NCBI GenBank assembly: GCA_937625935.1
Contig: OW569349.1
Span: forward strand, 1-64,000
DNA: 64,000 bases
DNA from: Tetramitus jugosus
Lineage: Eukaryota > Protista > Heterolobosea
Direction of reading: 5' to 3'
Position numbers and translations under genes: made by a program. Shown piece after piece: positions 56,375 through 64,000 of this stretch. The notes under the pieces were generated by a model. The model was not told where the DNA came from. It worked only from the letters and a program-made list of their open reading frames with translations, and ran no database searches. How positions within the stretch are numbered: the first letter of the stretch is position 1; the number at the start of each line of letters is the position of its first letter.

Positions 56375-58231
56375 TTAGTGTTGAGGACCAGAACGCATCA
56401 AGTCTTGAATCGCCTTGATAGTCTTTGGTGCGATCGACAATAGTTTTGCCCCTGTGCTCGTGACCAGGATTTCGTCTTCAATCCGAACACCAGTAGCTTG
56501 AGCAGCCAAAAATTCTGTGATTCTTGTGCTGTTGATCATGGCTTGTTGATCTGATGATAAGTGAGCGAGCTGGTATTCGTTAAAGTAAATCCCTGGCTCG
56601 ATTGTGACAAACATTCCATTCTTCAGGATTGTGGTGGGGTATACTGTGGTGTCATGCACATCCAAGCCCACTAAATGACCAATGCCATGAGGTTGAAATA
56701 CTTTGTGAATATCGAGCTTTAACGCATCCTCAACACTACCCGCATTGATAACTTGCAGCTTTCTAAGTTGTTCAATTAGGAATTCACTTGCTGAATTCTT
56801 AATATCTGTGAAGTTCGCATCTGGTTTCACTAGCTTAATTGTCAGCTCTTGTATTTCTAACACCGAATTGTACAGCAATGCTTGCATAGAGTTAAATTGC
56901 CCGTCAACAGGGTATGTTCGCGTAATGTCAGATGCATAACCTAGGAACTCTGCGCCCGCATCAACAATAATCAATTGACCCTTCTCTAGAACATCTCTCT
57001 TCTCAGTGTAATGCAAGACTGCCGCATTTTTACCAGATGCAACAATCGGAGTGAATGCTTGCGTTCTCATACCACAATGCTGACAAAATAGTTCAAAATA
57101 AGCGGATGCCTGATACTCTAATGTTCCATTACTAATCTGTTTCATCGTTTGAATGTGCGCGTGACTGCTCACCTCGTGAACCTTCTTCATAATTTTGATT
57201 TCTGATTCGGTTTTGGTATCCCTCATGAATTCAATGACCGATAGGAATGATGTTGAATTATCAGCCTCATAGTCAATTTTTTGATTATCGATCAGCTTCA
57301 TCTCCAACACTTGCAAATCTGCAGTAATCTTATAGGTTTTTCTGCTGTCGTCATCTCCAATCAAAAAATCATTCATTTCTGACTGATATCGAGTAGAGTT
57401 CACTCCATACAGTGCATTGATCTCCTCCAGTGTTTCCTCTGTGTTATCTATCCATGTGGAAACATTCTTGCTAACATCTGGTACAAACAACGTTGTCTCG
57501 CCAGTTGCCAAATCGATTACCACATCGCAATTCGGACGATCTACACCAGTCAAGTACAAGAAGGGCCTACTTTGACGGAATGGCACTACTCTCACATCAA
57601 AAAGGTCTTGTTTTTGTCCCTCGAAATGCACACGAACATTGGTGTCCTTGAGACTCTTGTGATTACTCTTTGAAAGCGTGACAAATTGTTGACGAATACT
57701 GCTGTGCATATCAGATAAGAAGCTCGCATTAAAATACGGTTGTTGAGCATGAGCACCCACACTCCGACTATTTTCTGCATAGTATTGATCCAAGAGAGGA
57801 CATGAAGCAATCTGTGCAAGCTTCCATATGGGTTGTGGAACAGGAGGTGGAGGTGACGGAGAGGGAGAGGGAGATGGTGATGGAATAGGCTTGATTGCTC
57901 TCGATCTTTGAACCATCATCACAAACAAACCAATAAACACAACCAACAACAGGGCCATCAGAGTATTGGACAGAATGAGTAACTTTGATAGAAAATCTCT
58001 CTTTCGTTGAGATTTGATGGCATCTTGGTGCAAGAATTGCAAATCTTCTTGCTCTTCCAGAAACAATTGATGAGCGTCATATTCTTCATCATCAGGGTCA
58101 ATTCCCAAATCGAATGACGGTGGTGCTGCTCTGTGGTCTGCACTCAACTCAAAATTGTGCAATGGTTGATCTCTGTTTTGTTTTTTGGTGTTGCTATCCT
58201 TTTCATCGTCTGAGGCAAATGGATCAAACAT
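56375..58231 (-). CDS. Xaa-Pro aminopeptidase/dipeptidase (M24B) with N-terminal TM anchor and Pro/Ser stalk
   Basis: FRQ..FLYLTG, LHY, DAG..YASDITRT, HGIGH.VGLDVHD, TIEPGIYF, GVRIEDE. Confidence 0.92.
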   Translation of the reverse strand: MFDPFASDDEKDSNTKKQNRDQPLHNFELSADHRAAPPSFDLGIDPDDEEYDAHQLFLEEQEDLQFLHQDAIKSQRKRDFLSKLLILSNTLMALLLVVFIGLFVMMVQRSRAIKPIPSPSPSPSPSPPPPVPQPIWKLAQIASCPLLDQYYAENSRSVGAHAQQPYFNASFLSDMHSSIRQQFVTLSKSNHKSLKDTNVRVHFEGQKQDLFDVRVVPFRQSRPFLYLTGVDRPNCDVVIDLATGETTLFVPDVSKNVSTWIDNTEETLEEINALYGVNSTRYQSEMNDFLIGDDDSRKTYKITADLQVLEMKLIDNQKIDYEADNSTSFLSVIEFMRDTKTESEIKIMKKVHEVSSHAHIQTMKQISNGTLEYQASAYFELFCQHCGMRTQAFTPIVASGKNAAVLHYTEKRDVLEKGQLIIVDAGAEFLGYASDITRTYPVDGQFNSMQALLYNSVLEIQELTIKLVKPDANFTDIKNSASEFLIEQLRKLQVINAGSVEDALKLDIHKVFQPHGIGHLVGLDVHDTTVYPTTILKNGMFVTIEPGIYFNEYQLAHLSSDQQAMINSTRITEFLAAQATGVRIEDEILVTSTGAKLLSIAPKTIKAIQDLMRSGPQH

Positions 58232-58426
58232 GTTCTCTGTGGTGGTTGTTGTTTGTTTAACTGTGTTTCAGTGAGATTCAAGTGTTTTTTGTTCAAAGGG
58301 AAGCACATGCGCGATGTGAAGGAGTTGTTCCGATCAGAGAGAACAGTGCCTTCCATTTTCGTGCTGGTAGAAATTCAAAGAAAAGAGAGAACGGTGTTGC
58401 ATGACGCACGTGGTTGGTGAATTATC

Positions 58427-59302
58427 TTATCGTTTTCTTTTATGTGCCTTGTGTTGTTGTGGTCTAGACAACAAATTCTTCTTCATCTGATGAGATGACT
58501 TCTTGACCTTTCCCTTGTGCTTGATGGCAAACAGATCATTCACTTCCTTTTTGCTCGGCTGTGCTCCCTTGGCACTCTTTGGTACTTTATAACGACCTGT
58601 TTTAGGATTAAACCACAATTCACTAAACTGCTGTGGTGGTTGTGTTGACACCTTCTTCTTGCGTTGTGCAGCACCATGTTGCTCACGAATGTGTTCCCGT
58701 GTCATTGACTTGAACTTTTCTCTCATGGACAGTTGTCGCTTGTGTTGTGAAGAAGAAGCACCTGTTCGATTGTACCACTTTCCTGATAACATCATATCAT
58801 CATCGTCATCACCATTATCAGCATAGTCATCAAAATCATCATGAGTCAAATTCATACGACGATAATGATCATTTCTATCATTCCACGTTGTAAGCTTATT
58901 CTTGTTATTGTGATCCTTCTTATGAATCCTATTATTGTTCTTGTCATGCTTCTTGCGATGAGAATATCGTTGTTCTGCTTCTGCTTCTTCATCTGATGAG
59001 TCGATAAAATCACGTTGAAATTTCTTCTTTAGCTCCTTGAAAATCTTCTTTTCTTGTTGTTGTCGTTCTTGTTGTTTCAACCGTTTGTCATTGTGCTGTT
59101 GTTGTTTATGATGATTACTATTCTTGTCGTTGTTGGTGCTGGATCGCTTCTTGTTACTGTTGTCATTTTGAATTTTTGACTTGTTTTTATAGTTACTTTG
59201 TTTGGTTGTTGTGGTGGTGGTGGAGGTACTGACACGAATTTCTAGGTTGGCAGTGCATTGAGCGAGAGCTTCTGTTGGTTCTCTTCTTCGAGTGAGAAAC
59301 AT
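58427..59302 (-). CDS. Hypothetical Lys-rich low-complexity protein
   Basis: Intact 291-aa ORF, highly basic; no family recognised. Confidence 0.6.
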   Translation of the reverse strand: MFLTRRREPTEALAQCTANLEIRVSTSTTTTTTKQSNYKNKSKIQNDNSNKKRSSTNNDKNSNHHKQQQHNDKRLKQQERQQQEKKIFKELKKKFQRDFIDSSDEEAEAEQRYSHRKKHDKNNNRIHKKDHNNKNKLTTWNDRNDHYRRMNLTHDDFDDYADNGDDDDDMMLSGKWYNRTGASSSQHKRQLSMREKFKSMTREHIREQHGAAQRKKKVSTQPPQQFSELWFNPKTGRYKVPKSAKGAQPSKKEVNDLFAIKHKGKVKKSSHQMKKNLLSRPQQHKAHKRKR

Positions 59303-59607
59303 TTCTTATTGTTGATTGTGCAAATGCAGTCTTTGTTGTTAGTTTTGCGGCAAATGAAAACGGGCTTTCCACCAAGTGCTCTCCAGGATTGAATGCAACA
59401 AAAGATCAGTACAAAATAGACTCCATGAGCTCTCTAGAGGTGATCTGACCATTTCCTTACTTCCACAATATTTGCTTTCATCTAAGTCTCCACTGCTGTG
59501 TGCATTCTCCAATCTCCACATGTAATATCTCCGCCCTCAAACAGCAAAAACACAAACTGCGGCGACAAAAAGAAAAAAAACAACAACGACAAACCCTATT
59601 CCAAAAA

Positions 59608-60975
59608 ATGAGTACATTTGTCAAGCGATCTCCCACCACAGCTCCACCCAAAAGCTCTACAACCACCACTACACCATCTCCACATCAACCACAAAAATCA
59701 TCATCGTCAACAGTACCCTCTTCACTACTGCCACTCTCTGGTACGAAGCCATCGGTTCACAATGGTCAACTTCTCATCAGTAGTGGTCTCGCAGATTTAG
59801 ACAGTCACTTGGGTGGTGGTATTCCACTCGGTTCTCTCATTTTACTGTTCGAAGACGGAGTTTCTAATTACTCCAATCATTTGTTGAATTATTATTTGAG
59901 TGAGGGGTTGAGTTGTGGTCACAAGGTGTTTTACATGGGAACACCCAGTGATTTAGAACAGAGTCTACCATTAAACTACACTCGATATCAAATGGACAAT
60001 CCATCATCATCTACTAATACTACTACTAATACTGCTAATACTACTAACAGTGGTAATAGTAATAGTCGATTAATGGAAAATAAAATGATGATTCAACAAC
60101 AACAGAGTGCCGATTTGAAAATATCGTGGAGATATGGTCAATTTGTTCAAGATCAAATTGCTCTCAAACAACAATCCATGAAGAATAGAACAGTGAGTGC
60201 CAATAGCAGTAGTAGTAGTGGAGGTAGTGGCAGTGGTAGCTCTAACAAGAAATTGATTGGATCGGTTCAGTGTCATGAATATGATTTGAGTAAGCCAGTG
60301 CAGCACGACCTCGTGGCAAAAGCGAGAGAGAGTGGAAAATTGGTGGAGCGGAGCATGTTTGAACAGGGAAAATTGACTCGATTGTTGCAATTGATTCAAT
60401 CGGAGCAGCAGAGTCAATTGTCTGATGATCAGGAAACTGGTTTTATGAGTCAGGTGAGTCGTATTGGTATTCGATCCATGCACATGTTGTTGGATGAGAC
60501 GGATGCAAAGAGTTTGAGCTCTGTGGCACAATTCTTTCACGTGTTGAAAATTTTGTGTCGCAAGAGTCTTTCGACAGCATTCATTACCATTCCAAAAAAT
60601 TATTCCAATCAGGCACTGGTCAAGACGATTCAAGGTTGTTGCGATATCGTGTTGCGCATGGATTCGTTCATTGGTGAGCACATTAATGTGTCCGAGTGGG
60701 AAATGAGTGAGTACACTGGTTTGTTCCATATTGAAAAGTTGCCCCGTATGAACACGTTGGCACCTTACTTGCCAGACACGCTCAACTATGCCTTCAAGGT
60801 CAAGAGAAGAAAGGTTTATATTGAGAAGATGAGCGCACCACCAGAGGAGACTAGAAGTGCCACAGTGAAAGACAGACCAAGATATCTGGTTGAAGGCAGT
60901 GGAACATCTTCTGCCAGCAGTAGCACTGGTTGTGGTTCCTCCTCAACAAACAAGAAGAATGATCTAGATTTCTAG
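59608..60975 (+). CDS. ELP4: Elongator complex subunit 4
   Basis: GTKPSVHNGQLLISSGLADLD..LGGGIPLGS, DLKISWRY, CHEYDLSK, AFKVKRRKVYIEK. Confidence 0.93.
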   Translation: MSTFVKRSPTTAPPKSSTTTTTPSPHQPQKSSSSTVPSSLLPLSGTKPSVHNGQLLISSGLADLDSHLGGGIPLGSLILLFEDGVSNYSNHLLNYYLSEGLSCGHKVFYMGTPSDLEQSLPLNYTRYQMDNPSSSTNTTTNTANTTNSGNSNSRLMENKMMIQQQQSADLKISWRYGQFVQDQIALKQQSMKNRTVSANSSSSSGGSGSGSSNKKLIGSVQCHEYDLSKPVQHDLVAKARESGKLVERSMFEQGKLTRLLQLIQSEQQSQLSDDQETGFMSQVSRIGIRSMHMLLDETDAKSLSSVAQFFHVLKILCRKSLSTAFITIPKNYSNQALVKTIQGCCDIVLRMDSFIGEHINVSEWEMSEYTGLFHIEKLPRMNTLAPYLPDTLNYAFKVKRRKVYIEKMSAPPEETRSATVKDRPRYLVEGSGTSSASSSTGCGSSSTNKKNDLDF

Positions 60976-61030
60976 TAAAATTCAATTCAACAAACACGAA
61001 ACAAGTCACTCATGAACGAAATCTGTAGGT

Positions 61031-62245
61031 TTACTTGGTCTTTTGCTTCTTCTTTGCACCACCAACCTTGTCATTCTTCTTGAATCTCTTCTCGACACGC
61101 TTCTTCTTGTTCCTCTGTTCCTTGGTCAAATTCGTTTGAAGTTCTGCATAACGATTGGCAACATAACCAGTCTCTGCTTCATCTTTGAGCAATTCGTCGA
61201 GGAAACTCTGTTGGCGATCTCTCTTATTCATTCGATCAGAATAAAATTCATGTGCACCTTCCTGTATGGTACCAATTTGGAAGAATTGTGGCAGACTGTC
61301 CTCCGCTGATCCATCTCTCGATGGCAATCGATTGTCTCTTGTCTTTTGATTGGCAGCTCCAGATGTAGCATGCTTCAATCTCAGTGCAATCAACTCTTGT
61401 CTCATCTCCTCTGTCAGTTCTGGTGCTTCCATGTTGAACCATCCTGCACCAGCACTCTTCTTACTTGATTTCCTTGTTCTTTCACTCTGGAACTGCTCGA
61501 GCTCATACTGCTTCTCAAACTCAATTTGCTCCTGCTTCAATTTCTTTTCGTTCAATCGATCAAACTCGTCCTCGTGTCCAAATCGAACAATTTGTTGTCT
61601 TGGAGCAGTCATTCGTTTTTCAATGTGATTGAGAACACCTTCACGATCGACATAGGCAGATGCATCACTCAAAATTGGATTCACAGCCTTTTCTCTGATG
61701 AGTGATTCATTGAGTGTAATCAACAGAGCTTGATGATGATTCTTGTCCTTTTTCTTCTTTTCTGCGTCTTCTTGTTTCTCCGCCGTAGATGATTTTGGCG
61801 GTTCGGAGAAAACAAGATAACCCTCACGAAACAGAGAAGTGTCCAATTCGAGTTGTTCTCTGTTTTGATTGGCCAACTCCAATGTCGTGGCCAAATAATT
61901 TTCAGTAATGAGAGGTATCTCGATCGGTATCAATCTTCTCATTTCTCTGTGAAACAATCGACTCATTTCACCTGTAATTTGATTCATAATGTTGGTCTCC
62001 ATATCTGTCATTTCTAGTCTTTGTTTATTGTGTGTCAGTGTGTCCAACAGAGAGTCATCAATGGTTGCAGGTGATGATGATGATGATGATTGATGAGAAT
62101 GGTTGTTATTGTTTTTCTTTCCTCCAGTAGAGGGAGTGAACACTTGTCCGAATAGTTCATTCAAGTATTCGTATTGCTTTTGTGATTTCTTCTTGCTCTC
62201 GGCACGTGGTGGTGCAGATGCACTTGTTGTTGCGTTGTGGCTCAT
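61031..62245 (-). CDS. FCF2: Fcf2/DNTTIP2 pre-rRNA processing protein
   Basis: SAGAGWFNMEAPELTEE..L, PQFFQIGTIQE...EFYSDRM....R...LDELL. Confidence 0.9.
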   Translation of the reverse strand: MSHNATTSASAPPRAESKKKSQKQYEYLNELFGQVFTPSTGGKKNNNNHSHQSSSSSSPATIDDSLLDTLTHNKQRLEMTDMETNIMNQITGEMSRLFHREMRRLIPIEIPLITENYLATTLELANQNREQLELDTSLFREGYLVFSEPPKSSTAEKQEDAEKKKKDKNHHQALLITLNESLIREKAVNPILSDASAYVDREGVLNHIEKRMTAPRQQIVRFGHEDEFDRLNEKKLKQEQIEFEKQYELEQFQSERTRKSSKKSAGAGWFNMEAPELTEEMRQELIALRLKHATSGAANQKTRDNRLPSRDGSAEDSLPQFFQIGTIQEGAHEFYSDRMNKRDRQQSFLDELLKDEAETGYVANRYAELQTNLTKEQRNKKKRVEKRFKKNDKVGGAKKKQKTK

Positions 62246-62667
62246 TGTCGTGTGTCTTCCTTGGTTGTGTGGAATTTATTTGTGAAATTTCGGAGTAATA
62301 TTTCTGGTTCAAGAGAGTGGTTGAACTTTCATTTTTGAGCATTGGAACTCACATGCTCTTGAAGAACTTCATGCTGAAGGAGGTTTACGTTTAAGTACAA
62401 ACCACACGAGAAAGGAGACCTCCACCAAGAATATCATCGCACTTAGGCAATGATAGGACGGAGATGAAGAATGTGATGAAGAGTTCCGCTGGCGAAAGAA
62501 ACTTTGATCTCGCCTCTCTCCCGAAGGGTTTTTTCACACAGACGTTGACAAGTGTACGGATCCACTCCAGCACGGCTGGCATATTTCACCGATCTTCTAT
62601 CGAAAACGAACACATTGTGTAACAAAACACGAGACCTCCCATTCCACACAAAGCAGTAACTCGAGAT

Positions 62668-64000
62668 ATGAAAGTTTTATGGATGAGGATGCAAGCTTCA
62701 AAGTTAAAGAAAATGTATGGAAGGGTATACAGAAGTCTCACCTCGTGCGCGCCTAAAGGTCAAAAATCTACTACTGTTGCTCGTTCAATTCTTCTCCTGT
62801 TCTTCTTGGTGTTGTTCCTGTTTGTTATGATTCGGGTTATGGGAAGCAAGAAGAAGGTGCCCATGGTAGCTCACCAAACAATTAATCCTCCCCCAGTCAT
62901 CGAACAACAAGCGCCACTCACTGCTCCAATTTCTACTCTGACCACTACTCCTATCGCTACGTCTACCACGTCTTCTACCACGTCTGCTACCTCCACCACG
63001 TCTACTCTTACTCCTACTCCTAATCCTACTATACCGACCACTCCTACTCCTCCTACCACAACAGATAAATCAACGACACCTCCACTTTCTCCTCCTCCAG
63101 TAGCAAGTAAACCTAAACCACAACCAAAGCAGGCAATACACTATATCCTTGGTTCAGAGGTCGCAAACTATGAGAAAAATCACAAAAAGTATCTACTGTA
63201 TGCAACTAAAAACAACTTTAAACAAATTGCATCACTGTATCATGCCATCCTGCAAAGTCGGAGAGAAAAGGAAGGTATTGAGAGTCAGTTACCAATAGAG
63301 GTGTTCCTCTATGGATATAATTTGAATGTGGATCACATTTCTTGGATATCCGTGTGGAAAAACGTATCTTACATTCAAATGAAGGACTCTGAAGTCGTAT
63401 ATCAATATGAAGAAGATTTGGAAAACCAACTGACCACAAAACAAATACACGATATCGTGCTGAGTTGTGCCCAGAGTGATTTTCCTGGAGTGACATTTAC
63501 TAACCCGAGCCCAACAGTTGACTCTATATTGGATATTGAGTCAAAAGATGTGAGTCAGTTATATGAACAAACAATGGCCCAATCTAAAAATTTCCCCAAG
63601 TTCAGTTCGTTGTCTCTACCTATCCAGGAGAAGGTGTTTGCTATTGTAGTATCGATCAAACTTCAGGATCCAATTCATCGGCTGATGGAAACATTATCGC
63701 TTTGGAACAAGTATCCGCTGTGTTCCTCAAGCGCACTATCAGTACCAACAGACATCATTTTCATGTTGGCAGGCAAGGAGAGATCGAAAGATTTAGAGGA
63801 TAAGATCTTGTTGCGCATTCAAAAGTCTCTTCCATGCTTGAATGAAATCTACTTTTATTATCCTACACAGCTGGCGTCCACAGTCAAGGAGATCCTGAGT
63901 CTTCCTCATGTGTACAACAACTATCGATACATATTCCTCACGAACTATCTGGTTGAACCTATTAGGAAAAATTGGTTGCAGCGATTGATCGACTTAAGTT
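62668..64000 (+). CDS. Type II membrane protein with Thr/Pro-rich stalk, possibly glycosyltransferase-like; runs off the window end (not in the ORF track)
   Basis: By manual translation the frame is open from ATG 62668 to the end: ILLLFFLVLFLFVMI TM, mucin-like T/P tract, then a globular region ending YRYIFLTNYLVEPIRKNWLQRL. Confidence 0.7.
   Translation, partial: MKVLWMRMQASKLKKMYGRVYRSLTSCAPKGQKSTTVARSILLLFFLVLFLFVMIRVMGSKKKVPMVAHQTINPPPVIEQQAPLTAPISTLTTTPIATSTTSSTTSATSTTSTLTPTPNPTIPTTPTPPTTTDKSTTPPLSPPPVASKPKPQPKQAIHYILGSEVANYEKNHKKYLLYATKNNFKQIASLYHAILQSRREKEGIESQLPIEVFLYGYNLNVDHISWISVWKNVSYIQMKDSEVVYQYEEDLENQLTTKQIHDIVLSCAQSDFPGVTFTNPSPTVDSILDIESKDVSQLYEQTMAQSKNFPKFSSLSLPIQEKVFAIVVSIKLQDPIHRLMETLSLWNKYPLCSSSALSVPTDIIFMLAGKERSKDLEDKILLRIQKSLPCLNEIYFYYPTQLASTVKEILSLPHVYNNYRYIFLTNYLVEPIRKNWLQRLIDLS

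Noticed and set aside
59980-60245. ACT/AGT trinucleotide-like tracts, also 62930-63060
   Set aside because: Ordinary low-complexity coding sequence (Thr/Asn/Ser/Pro runs).
26990-63496. Many 60-220 aa ORFs antisense to or overlapping identified genes
   Set aside because: Shadow ORFs of real genes with no independent motifs.

Overview
Eukaryotic chromosome end: standard genetic code, short GT-AG introns, and a gene content (DUF4116-like, NHL, RCC1, receptor adenylate cyclases) that suggests a heterolobosean-like protist (inference). 1-821 is a (CCCAAA)n telomere (TTTGGG type), followed by AT-rich telomere-associated DNA to ~3.1 kb. From ~3.2 to 24.9 kb is a subtelomeric patchwork. It holds decayed or truncated host-gene copies (F-box/DUF4116, NHL, two adenylate cyclases, HRI-like kinase, NPC1) and a decayed CACTA/Mirage-type transposase with frameshifted neighbours. 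It also holds intact intronless orphan genes, including two paralogous non-RD kinases and a 4-gene cassette (Zn-finger/FHA-like, kinase, ubiquitin-like/Zn-ribbon, gasdermin-like) whose promoters share an ACAACGCAA motif. From 25 kb on are mostly intact housekeeping genes. One clean insertion stands out: a 2.5-kb TIR element (42971-45515, TTAA duplication, GG...CC ends) inserted exactly at the DAP3 stop codon. It encodes a Fanzor1 (eukaryotic TnpB-like RNA-guided nuclease) with an internal RuvC-II deletion, plus a predicted omegaRNA at its right end.
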